Below are positions 25,946 to 33,666 of a DNA stretch of 48,442 bases, piece after piece. The notes under the pieces were generated by a model. The model had not been told where the DNA came from, did no database searches, and saw only the letters and a list, made by a program, of their open reading frames with translations. Origin of the DNA: a virus; the IMG/VR virus record IMGVR_UViG_3300010413_000055, positions 1 through 48,442 of that record; one strand, 5' to 3'. The stretch's first letter is position 1; each line of letters opens with the position of its first letter. Position numbers and translations under genes: made by a program.

Positions 25946-26738
25946 ATATTATTTTACTACCTTCCTTATCAAACCTGAAGTCTATCACACTTAGTCTTAG
26001 AGCATCAGATACCTTTGTCCTATCATCTGGATTTACCACGAATACCATGAACCCACCGCCTCCACCACCTAACAGCTTACCACCTAAAGCACCAGCCTCC
26101 AAGGCTATTCTGTAATACTCATCAACCTTATTAGTAGATACATCATCAGACAAGTTTCTTTTTAATCTCCATGCTGTATGAAGAGCATTACCGAAATCTA
26201 CGGGATCGTCGTAATCCTGAAGAGCTAAATCCTTGAGTTCATGTAACGTCTTCAGATTCCTGTCCATCCTGTCTAACTGATGCCGTATTATCACACCACC
26301 CTGACGATAGATACCGGTATCAACCAACATGAGATATGGTTCAAGCCAGTCATAGTCAAGTTCCTCTTCCACCACACCACTACCATAGAACCTTAATCTC
26401 TTGAATCCCCCCACAGCACAGATATACTGGTCTTGATAACCACAGGCACCACCACGTTCTTTCAACTCTAACCCTGTGGCTAACGCAGCAGTTTCTTTAC
26501 CACCCATTCTATGAGAAGCAGTGAATAACCCAACGGCAAAAGCACTAGAAGTACCCATACCACTGCCAGAAGGTAACTCATCATGTGACCATACCTCCCC
26601 GCTACGGCTTATACCTACATAGCAGTATTTATCTATGGCGGTAGTTATGACGCAACCACCATACCTTGAGAAATAGTCTTCGTAGTCTGACCCTCCACCA
26701 AGTAAAGATATCCGGTACGGTGTCCTTGTAACCAGCAT
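25929..26738 (-). CDS. GHMP sugar kinase (HddA-like heptose-phosphate kinase type)
   Basis: MLVTRTPYRISLLGGGSD N-terminus; PSGSGMGTSSA (motif II); LLGGGGGGFM (motif III). Confidence 0.8.
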   Translation of the reverse strand: MLVTRTPYRISLLGGGSDYEDYFSRYGGCVITTAIDKYCYVGISRSGEVWSHDELPSGSGMGTSSAFAVGLFTASHRMGGKETAALATGLELKERGGACGYQDQYICAVGGFKRLRFYGSGVVEEELDYDWLEPYLMLVDTGIYRQGGVIIRHQLDRMDRNLKTLHELKDLALQDYDDPVDFGNALHTAWRLKRNLSDDVSTNKVDEYYRIALEAGALGGKLLGGGGGGFMVFVVNPDDRTKVSDALRLSVIDFRFDKEGSKIIYESRN

Positions 26739-27072
26739 GACTTTTACTTAACCTCACTACATCTTCTTCTGAATGCGGTGTCGATACCTCTATTATAACC
26801 GAATCCGCAAATCCGTAAATCGAATGCTTCTCCCCAGGCATGATAGTCTTCGGTGATGCCATCTGATGCAAATCATATTTCTTATCCTCAACTATAAGTA
26901 ATACTTCACCTTCTATGCACCAGAATGTTTCCTTCTTTTCCTTATGATAGTGATAACTTCCCTGCGCACCTTCGGCTATCTCCAATAACTTGCAACAGTA
27001 ACTTTCATTGTTTACAAGCCATATCTCCTGCCCCCATACCTTAGGGACTATCTTAATCTTTTCTTTTATCAC
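26629..27072 (-). CDS. Cupin-domain protein (sugar isomerase/epimerase-like)
   Basis: KVWGQEIWL...GSYHYHKEKKETFWCIEGEVLL...PGEKHSI. The last ~35 aa overlap the kinase gene in another frame and look non-native. Confidence 0.6.
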   Translation of the reverse strand: MIKEKIKIVPKVWGQEIWLVNNESYCCKLLEIAEGAQGSYHYHKEKKETFWCIEGEVLLIVEDKKYDLHQMASPKTIMPGEKHSIYGFADSVIIEVSTPHSEEDVVRLSKSHAGYKDTVPDIFTWWRVRLRRLFLKVWWLRHNYRHR

Positions 27073-27589
27073 CTGCGTACTCTTTTACAAATGCGTCTCG
27101 TTCACTCAACAGGTAATTATCTACTGGAATGTATAGGTTGAAATCCTCCATGTTGAAAGTTCTCTGGTCAGGATTGCTATTGTTGAAGTATTGGTCTTGT
27201 AAGTAATGGAAGATGGCGTAATCTGACAGGACAAGAAACCCACTCCCGTAGCGTGGATGTTTGTATATCTGCCATCGGTTTCTGTCGTTAAGCGGAAAAC
27301 TCTCCCACTTTCCAAATTCCTCATCCTCCTCATCACAGTTTACTACGTAGTATATCATCGAACCATAGAGACATTGATTCAGTTTCCAGCAGTGAGGTGA
27401 GTAATGTATACCCCTGAATACGTTTTTAATCGACGTTGAGATGTCATGCTCTACAGGATGGAAGTCAGGGAAGTGAGCGTTGAACTCTCTTTCGTTGTAC
27501 GTCATCACGTACTCACCACGCCAGTCGTGATTTATCTCAGGCTTGATTATATAGACATCTTTTAAGGTTGTGCTTTGTACCATTCCCAT
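27053..27589 (-). CDS. RmlC-like NDP-4-keto-6-deoxy-sugar 3,5-epimerase
   Basis: DWRGEYV, NVFRGIHYS, KLNQCLYGSMIYYVV, YGSGFLVLSDYAIFHY. Confidence 0.75.
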   Translation of the reverse strand: MGMVQSTTLKDVYIIKPEINHDWRGEYVMTYNEREFNAHFPDFHPVEHDISTSIKNVFRGIHYSPHCWKLNQCLYGSMIYYVVNCDEEDEEFGKWESFPLNDRNRWQIYKHPRYGSGFLVLSDYAIFHYLQDQYFNNSNPDQRTFNMEDFNLYIPVDNYLLSERDAFVKEYAGDKRKD

Positions 27590-28359
27590 GTTTTCTTTAT
27601 CCCCTCTTCTAGTGGTGTATAATCGAATGAAACTGGTTTATCAGATAAGCGTCCAGTTGATAATTCGCGTTTATTTAATTCAATAGTAAAATCTGATAAT
27701 TTTTTCATAATATTGGCTACGTCTAAAGTTGACATCAAGCTAGCTCCAATATTAAAATTACCTTTCCAACTACGCATCAAATCTACGCATATATTAGCCA
27801 CATCTTCACTATAAGTAAAATCTCTAATATCTCCACCAGTTCCTATATTTATCTTTTTATCACCACGTTTAACTTTAGCCATCAGAGCAGGTATGAACAT
27901 ACCGTCATCGGGATCAAAGTTATCATACTCTCCGTAGACTGAGTTTGGTCTTATCACTACCCAGTTATCAAATCCATATTGTATCTTGTATGCTTCAAGT
28001 TGTTTCTCTCCAGCCTCCTTGGCAAAACCTGGATATTTGTCATGTAATACCGCGGTGGAACTTACATAGAGAATCTTCTTAACACCATTCAATCGTGCTG
28101 CCTCAAGTATGTTTGTATTCATCTGTAGCATCGGTACGAAGAAATCAGCGGGTCGCTCTCTTGTCATCTTACCTGAACCCTTGACTCCTGCTACGTGATA
28201 GAGTTGGTCTACTCCTTTAGTGAATTCCTTACACAGATTGAAGTCTGTTAAGTCCTGCCCTGTTTTCTTATCGGCTTTGATTAACTCGCACGTTCCTTCA
28301 AGTAAGTCACATACCTTGTGACCTATCATACCTTCCGAACCAGTTACTAAAACTTTCAT
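27562..28359 (-). CDS. NAD(P)-dependent epimerase/reductase (extended SDR; 4-keto reductase candidate)
   Basis: MKVLVTGSEGMIGHK Rossmann motif; 265 aa; adjacent to the epimerase and dehydratase. Confidence 0.7.
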   Translation of the reverse strand: MKVLVTGSEGMIGHKVCDLLEGTCELIKADKKTGQDLTDFNLCKEFTKGVDQLYHVAGVKGSGKMTRERPADFFVPMLQMNTNILEAARLNGVKKILYVSSTAVLHDKYPGFAKEAGEKQLEAYKIQYGFDNWVVIRPNSVYGEYDNFDPDDGMFIPALMAKVKRGDKKINIGTGGDIRDFTYSEDVANICVDLMRSWKGNFNIGASLMSTLDVANIMKKLSDFTIELNKRELSTGRLSDKPVSFDYTPLEEGIKKTWEWYKAQP

Positions 28360-28577
28360 AAAACAGTTTCCTCATAAATTGATGCTAAAAATATTGATGG
28401 GATAAAGAATATTGATAATGGAATTATAATAAAAAGAAGGTAATAGGTATTGTTATTACACATAGTTACTATCAGATAGGCTGTTGTATATATATATATT
28501 AGTAACATAGCGAGATACCATATGTTGATTTTATTTCGTTTCTTTATCCCCATAAATGTATCTGGAAATACTTTCAT
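28356..28577 (-). CDS. 73-aa two-helix membrane mini-protein, very AT-rich gene
   Basis: IWYLAMLLIYIYTTAYLIV and YYLLFIIIPLSIFFIPSIFLASI; ATGA coupling on both sides. Confidence 0.5.
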   Translation of the reverse strand: MKVFPDTFMGIKKRNKINIWYLAMLLIYIYTTAYLIVTMCNNNTYYLLFIIIPLSIFFIPSIFLASIYEETVL

Positions 28578-29515
28578 ACTCTCCCCCTCCAGTAATTGAG
28601 TGTATCCTCAAGTGTCTGCGAGAATGGTATCTCTGGTTTCCACCCAGTCTGCTTTGTGAACTTGTCTATACATGGTATCTGCATCGTTACATCAGTTGGT
28701 CGAAGCCTATCAGTATTCATTTCACAGTTAAATACGTGCGTTGAAAGTGAACATAGTTTATCAAGCATCTCGCATATAGTCATTGACTCAACACCACCTA
28801 TGTTATAAACTTCACCAGCAGGACAATCCCATAACTTGTGGTACGCCCTAACAGCATCTTTAACGTCGAGCCATGTTCTCACTGAATCGAGATTGCCATG
28901 CTCTAAGACTTCACGTTTACCTTTTTCTATCTCCGCTATCTGCTTTGCAAAGTTAGACATGACGAATACTTCACCCCTGCGCGGGCCGGTATGAGTGAAC
29001 ATCCTTGTGACAATAGTTCTCATCCCATAGTTCTCGTAGTAGAGCCTGCCAAGCATATCCTCCCCAACCTTACTCACAGCATAAGGACTTACGGGATTCA
29101 ACGGACACTCTTCTGTTATCGGTATATCCTCGGGACGTACTTTTCCGTATACCTCACTCGATGAGCAGATGTGTATGATTGGGTCGAGTTCCAGCCATCT
29201 TACAGACTCCAGTAGATTAGATGTTCCTATGATATTATTATCGTAAGTTACATTAGGTGCTGTTGTGGAGAATGGTACGTAAGACTGTGCAGCTAGATGG
29301 TGTATCACATCAGGTTTATGTTTCTTTAGAATATAGTCAAGTGAACTCCTGTCAAGCAAATCACCATACTCAAGATTCAGGTCTTTCTCTATGTGTGCGA
29401 TGTTTTCTCTATTAGACCTGACACGCACTATACCTACGATATCTGCTTTATCCAACAGATACTCGGCTAACCATGAGCCTACGAACCCCGTGATACCAGT
29501 GATAAGAACCTTCAC
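28574..29515 (-). CDS. NDP-sugar 4,6-dehydratase (GDP-mannose/GDP-heptose 4,6-dehydratase-like SDR)
   Basis: TGITGFVGSWL, SSSEVYG, YAVSKVGED (YxxxK), FTHTGPRRGEVFV, GNLDSVRTWLDVKD. Confidence 0.8.
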   Translation of the reverse strand: MKVLITGITGFVGSWLAEYLLDKADIVGIVRVRSNRENIAHIEKDLNLEYGDLLDRSSLDYILKKHKPDVIHHLAAQSYVPFSTTAPNVTYDNNIIGTSNLLESVRWLELDPIIHICSSSEVYGKVRPEDIPITEECPLNPVSPYAVSKVGEDMLGRLYYENYGMRTIVTRMFTHTGPRRGEVFVMSNFAKQIAEIEKGKREVLEHGNLDSVRTWLDVKDAVRAYHKLWDCPAGEVYNIGGVESMTICEMLDKLCSLSTHVFNCEMNTDRLRPTDVTMQIPCIDKFTKQTGWKPEIPFSQTLEDTLNYWRGRV

Positions 29516-30738
29516 ATTACCCCCTTTATCACATTGATTACATTCTCTACTGCATCCCCGTTAGGTCTGATATACCTCTTTACCCACGCCCGCCTTGCTT
29601 CTATATTGTCATCCTGCCCACGCACCAGCTTGACTATCTCATTCAGACATTCCTCCGGTTTATGGACGAGTATCATACCATCCATCATACTCCTGTAGTG
29701 CATGGTATCTAACTGAGTCCTTTTACTGCCAAGCATCACTGGTGAAATAACAGCCTTGTCATTTATCATGGCATCTATCATAGCAGAGTTATTCAAACCA
29801 ATCACGCCAACTGAGTGGTATAAGGTATCATAGAATAACTGAATAGACTCTTTACTGCCAGGAGTTTTCCCGAACGACTTGTAGACATTGGGCGCATCAT
29901 AGATAGTGTATATCTTCCTGTTAGCCTGATGAGGTCTTAAAAGTATGTTTATATCGAGACTCTTCGCTATCCCATTCAAGATATAGGTTTCGTCCTTTCT
30001 GATATTGGACGACGATCCCAGATAAACAATGTATGGCTTATCCTCCATACCCATGCCTTCAAGGAACTCTTTTCTGTCTGTTGGTTTATTATGTCCCCAT
30101 ATCTCGAACCTTGCAGCACCAGTGAGTTCTATCCTGTCTTTAGGTACGCCGTGAATATTCATCAATATATCAATCTGCTCTTCATTCCATGCGCATACTT
30201 TATCAGGCATGATATGAAACGTACCCTTCGTTGTTAGGTTATCCCAGCTTAACACTATCGCTACCGTGGGACACTTCGCAGCTTTTAAGTATTCCTGCTC
30301 CTCTGAATATCTCAACGTGTTTCCACTAACTACGAGTACGTCAGGATTCTTTTCTTTCAACCAGTCTTTAACCTTTTTGTCCTGAGGTACTATCTTCTCA
30401 AATAGTTTTATGGAAGTCCTGAGCAAATCACTCTTGAATATCTTGTCACCTATCTCCATGTCGATAAGTTTCCTCTGGAATGGTGTGAGGTATTTATACC
30501 ACCTGTTAGTGTAATAGTCAGACTGCTCTTTCATCCTAAGATAGTTCGAGTAGTTATATAGCTCCCTTGCTTTGAAAATAGAGTCTCGCCACTTATCGTT
30601 ACGCCTTGGGAAATACTCGATACCGTCTATCTCATTGTCTCGACTCCAGCCGATATCGTAGTAGACATCTCCCGGGAACCTGTCTATGAGTGGTTGCATT
30701 ATAAATCTATGGTTTGTCGTTCGTAGCAGATAAATCAC
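29512..30738 (-). CDS. Putative GT-B-like glycosyl/phosphoglycosyl transferase, family unresolved
   Basis: Two-lobe layout (DVLVVSGNT... / PYIVYLGSSSNI...ILLRPHQ) within the sugar block; weak recognition only. Confidence 0.4.
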   Translation of the reverse strand: MIYLLRTTNHRFIMQPLIDRFPGDVYYDIGWSRDNEIDGIEYFPRRNDKWRDSIFKARELYNYSNYLRMKEQSDYYTNRWYKYLTPFQRKLIDMEIGDKIFKSDLLRTSIKLFEKIVPQDKKVKDWLKEKNPDVLVVSGNTLRYSEEQEYLKAAKCPTVAIVLSWDNLTTKGTFHIMPDKVCAWNEEQIDILMNIHGVPKDRIELTGAARFEIWGHNKPTDRKEFLEGMGMEDKPYIVYLGSSSNIRKDETYILNGIAKSLDINILLRPHQANRKIYTIYDAPNVYKSFGKTPGSKESIQLFYDTLYHSVGVIGLNNSAMIDAMINDKAVISPVMLGSKRTQLDTMHYRSMMDGMILVHKPEECLNEIVKLVRGQDDNIEARRAWVKRYIRPNGDAVENVINVIKGVM

Positions 30739-30985
30739 TTTCTTTATTCCTATAGATGTATGGGTCTTTTAGAAAATACGTTGATTCATGCAGATTATAC
30801 TTATCCCTGAGTTCTGCCCAGAATACAGCCAGGTCAGTCTTGACAGACGGGAATCCTTCGTGAATCTCCCTGTCCATCAACTGATAGTATTTCTCCCTTT
30901 CATCTCTGGAGAATTTCTTTACTTTCTTACCATCCACTATTTGATACCCTCGATATTCAACGCTATAAATGTACCATTCTTCCAC
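30707..30985 (-). CDS. Hypothetical 92-aa protein in the sugar block
   Basis: ORF only; overlaps both neighbours (49 and 32 nt). Confidence 0.4.
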   Translation of the reverse strand: MEEWYIYSVEYRGYQIVDGKKVKKFSRDEREKYYQLMDREIHEGFPSVKTDLAVFWAELRDKYNLHESTYFLKDPYIYRNKESDLSATNDKP

Positions 30986-31479
30986 TCATCATCAGGCAGT
31001 TCGTTTCCATCTGAATCGTGATATGGCACATAGTTGATACTCCAGTCTCTGATAGGGTGGTCTGTCCATCTTTTGATATCTGTGAATCCTATCTCTTCCA
31101 GTTCTCTCTTGAGAGTATCGTAGTCCCAGCACCAGTAGTGGAAGTTCCAGTCAGAATCCTGACCGGCATATAAGGCAGGATACAGGCTCTTCAAATCCTT
31201 AGTTGACACATAATACTCACATACACTTGCGAAATCCGGTACGGATAATTTTAACTTTCCCCCTTTATCCAAAATATCATACCACCTCTGAAGAGCCTGC
31301 TTATACCTGTACCTGCCTAAATGCTCAAGGATGTTACACGCATATATTTCTTCCACATCACCTATAATCGAACCAAGAACAACCACATCATCAAAGATAT
31401 CAGCTTTGGAATCTATATCAGAATCTATATTAAGATATCCCTGTATGTAGTTTTGTCCGCAACCTAGATGCAGTTTCAT
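30937..31479 (-). CDS. Class I SAM-dependent methyltransferase
   Basis: MKLHLGCGQNYIQGYLNID (motif I) and YACNILEHL. Confidence 0.7.
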   Translation of the reverse strand: MKLHLGCGQNYIQGYLNIDSDIDSKADIFDDVVVLGSIIGDVEEIYACNILEHLGRYRYKQALQRWYDILDKGGKLKLSVPDFASVCEYYVSTKDLKSLYPALYAGQDSDWNFHYWCWDYDTLKRELEEIGFTDIKRWTDHPIRDWSINYVPYHDSDGNELPDDEWKNGTFIALNIEGIK

Positions 31480-32540
31480 AGAAACTCCTCAACTGCTATC
31501 AGCCATTCGTTGTACTCGATAAAGAATTTTCCTATAAGTCCGCAATCCATACTGTCAGGAAGACACTTCTCTACAAGTTCCCTCATAGCTCCATAGTAAG
31601 TTTTCTCTGTTAGTTCTGTGTTCCTTACCAATTCTACAAAGTCATCGGTGAGCTCATCTACCGGAAGTTCCAACTTAAGGTCATCCCACAGATTATGATT
31701 GTTGCGTATCTGGGTAACTAACGGAGCACCGAATGTTATCAGGTCTCCGAAATGTTCCGCCAGTTTATTATAGAGATATGAAGTCCAGATATCAGAGTTG
31801 CGTGTAGCACATCGTGGTCGGTAGTAAAGCGGTATCATCTCTCTTGACAGACAGGTATTCTGGAAGTTGAACGGAGACCATGTTTTAAATAACCCGAAGT
31901 GACCAAGCTGACCGTACTTATTCCTCAAAGCATTGGTAGGTTGAGCAAGCCTCTGTATAGCGTCTATATCAGAATCACCGAGAACAAGACCCTGATTGAT
32001 GATAGTTCTCTTGGTACCCATACTAGCAACAAAATCACCACTACCATTCACTCTCTTACTCCATGGATATCCCCTTGGATAGAACTCAATATCGTTTTCC
32101 TCCTGAAGCATAGAGTGTACATTGAACCATCCCAAATCATTCCTGAAAAACGTTCTGTATTCAAAAGAACCAGCCCATTCATGCGAACCTATGAAGTCGT
32201 CCTCTGTAGGGAAGTTATCATCGTCAAGTGCGATAACTCTGTCTGCTCCATTCTGGTAAGCGAACATACATCCGAGTATCACTCTATCCGGTGTATTGAA
32301 CGGGAAGAATTCCGACAGTTTATCCTGGAATATCTTTGGTTGAATCTCTGTATCGAAGTAAGATATTGTTACATCATACTTCTCGTAAAGGTACTTGATT
32401 AACTTTCCGATTTCCTTGTCCGGTGATTTCTTATCACCGATTACATACACCTGTGCCTCTCGCTTATGTTTGACCATGTTTTTACACAAGTCTTCAAGCA
32501 CGTAAGGCACGTGTATAGTCGTGATGGTTACTACGTTCAT
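31476..32540 (-). CDS. GT75 / reversibly-glycosylated-polypeptide (UDP-arabinopyranose mutase)-like protein
   Basis: VIALDDDNFP, FYPRGYPW, NQGLVLGDSDIDA and RNSDIW parallel DDDCF, RGYPF, HGLWLNIPDYDA and RYDDMW of plant RGPs (recalled from memory). Confidence 0.5.
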   Translation of the reverse strand: MNVVTITTIHVPYVLEDLCKNMVKHKREAQVYVIGDKKSPDKEIGKLIKYLYEKYDVTISYFDTEIQPKIFQDKLSEFFPFNTPDRVILGCMFAYQNGADRVIALDDDNFPTEDDFIGSHEWAGSFEYRTFFRNDLGWFNVHSMLQEENDIEFYPRGYPWSKRVNGSGDFVASMGTKRTIINQGLVLGDSDIDAIQRLAQPTNALRNKYGQLGHFGLFKTWSPFNFQNTCLSREMIPLYYRPRCATRNSDIWTSYLYNKLAEHFGDLITFGAPLVTQIRNNHNLWDDLKLELPVDELTDDFVELVRNTELTEKTYYGAMRELVEKCLPDSMDCGLIGKFFIEYNEWLIAVEEFL

Positions 32541-32560
32541 CCTATCCCCCTTAAATAAAC

Positions 32561-33466
32561 TTATCTAGCCCATCTTAATTGAGGCGAAGTTCCAGTTGGT
32601 GCCGCCCTTGACTGTAACCTGAACATACTTTCTTCAGGTCTCGAACCAGTCCTTGCCTGTTCATATCCTAACCACTGCTGTTGAGCGGTATCACCCATCC
32701 TTGCGAAGTATTGCATAGAAGGAGTAGTCAATTGTGGAAGCGAACCCATAGGAGTTCCACCTCCACCCTGCTGTTGATATCCAGGTAATGATTCACCTAA
32801 ACTGGCATAGTCACTCATGCCCAGCGGTAACATCCACGGTTGTACTGATGGAGTTCCTCCACCACCATACGAAGGATTATAAAGTCTCGGGTCAAGCCAA
32901 CTCATAGGCTGGGTTAAAAGCTGTGCGTAGGTAGCTTCTCTCTGAGCCTGAGCCTGCATTTCAGCCTGTTGGCGATACCAGTCAATCATCATCTGCTGCA
33001 TAGCCATCTGTTGCTCATATTGTCTCTGAGCCTGCTGTTCTTCCCACGCCCTCTGGTCAGCTTCATCATCCTTGGTAGCCATCGAAGGGTCATAACCAAC
33101 TATATTATCACCCATAACAGGGTCGCCTACATGATGATATCCCTGAGCATCCCAGTAATCCCACGCACCTGTATCAGCACCAGATGTAGTAGTATCTACG
33201 GTATCATCACCCTTACCCATACCAAGTTCGCCTAAATCCTTGAGTATGTCTTCATATCCACCTTGAGGGCTTAACTGTGCTCTGCCAGTTCCCCTGTTTA
33301 TCGGAACCTGGGAAAACCCGGGAGATATCCAGCTAAACGGATTCATGGCTGTCTGGTCAGCACTATATGGTGTGGTTGTAATCCTTGGGCTATACCACAT
33401 ATTGGGAAACCTGTCCATATTAACCGGTGTTATTCTATCATCATCTCTTCTTTTTTCAGTTGTCAT
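32561..33466 (-). CDS. Gln/Met/Gly/Pro-rich low-complexity head-module protein, 301 aa
   Basis: QRQYEQQMAMQQMMIDWYRQQAEMQAQAQ; two GGGGTP motifs. Confidence 0.6.
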   Translation of the reverse strand: MTTEKRRDDDRITPVNMDRFPNMWYSPRITTTPYSADQTAMNPFSWISPGFSQVPINRGTGRAQLSPQGGYEDILKDLGELGMGKGDDTVDTTTSGADTGAWDYWDAQGYHHVGDPVMGDNIVGYDPSMATKDDEADQRAWEEQQAQRQYEQQMAMQQMMIDWYRQQAEMQAQAQREATYAQLLTQPMSWLDPRLYNPSYGGGGTPSVQPWMLPLGMSDYASLGESLPGYQQQGGGGTPMGSLPQLTTPSMQYFARMGDTAQQQWLGYEQARTGSRPEESMFRLQSRAAPTGTSPQLRWAR

Positions 33467-33666
33467 ACTTCATCCTTCTCCATTTCAAGGAGTTCTTCGT
33501 ATTGTTTGTTGAAAGCCTCTCTTTCTTTCTTTGCCTGACGTTTTATCAAAGGTGTGACTATCCAGTCCATGAGATATACTGCTATATCTTTCGCCACAGC
33601 ATCCACTTCCTCAAACACCTCTATGAGCATCGGGTTAGGTTCCATATAAAGTATTACCTCCACCAC
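33463..33666 (-). CDS. Hypothetical 67-aa protein
   Basis: ORF coupled to both neighbours; start lies inside the portal 3' end. Confidence 0.4.
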   Translation of the reverse strand: MVEVILYMEPNPMLIEVFEEVDAVAKDIAVYLMDWIVTPLIKRQAKKEREAFNKQYEELLEMEKDEV

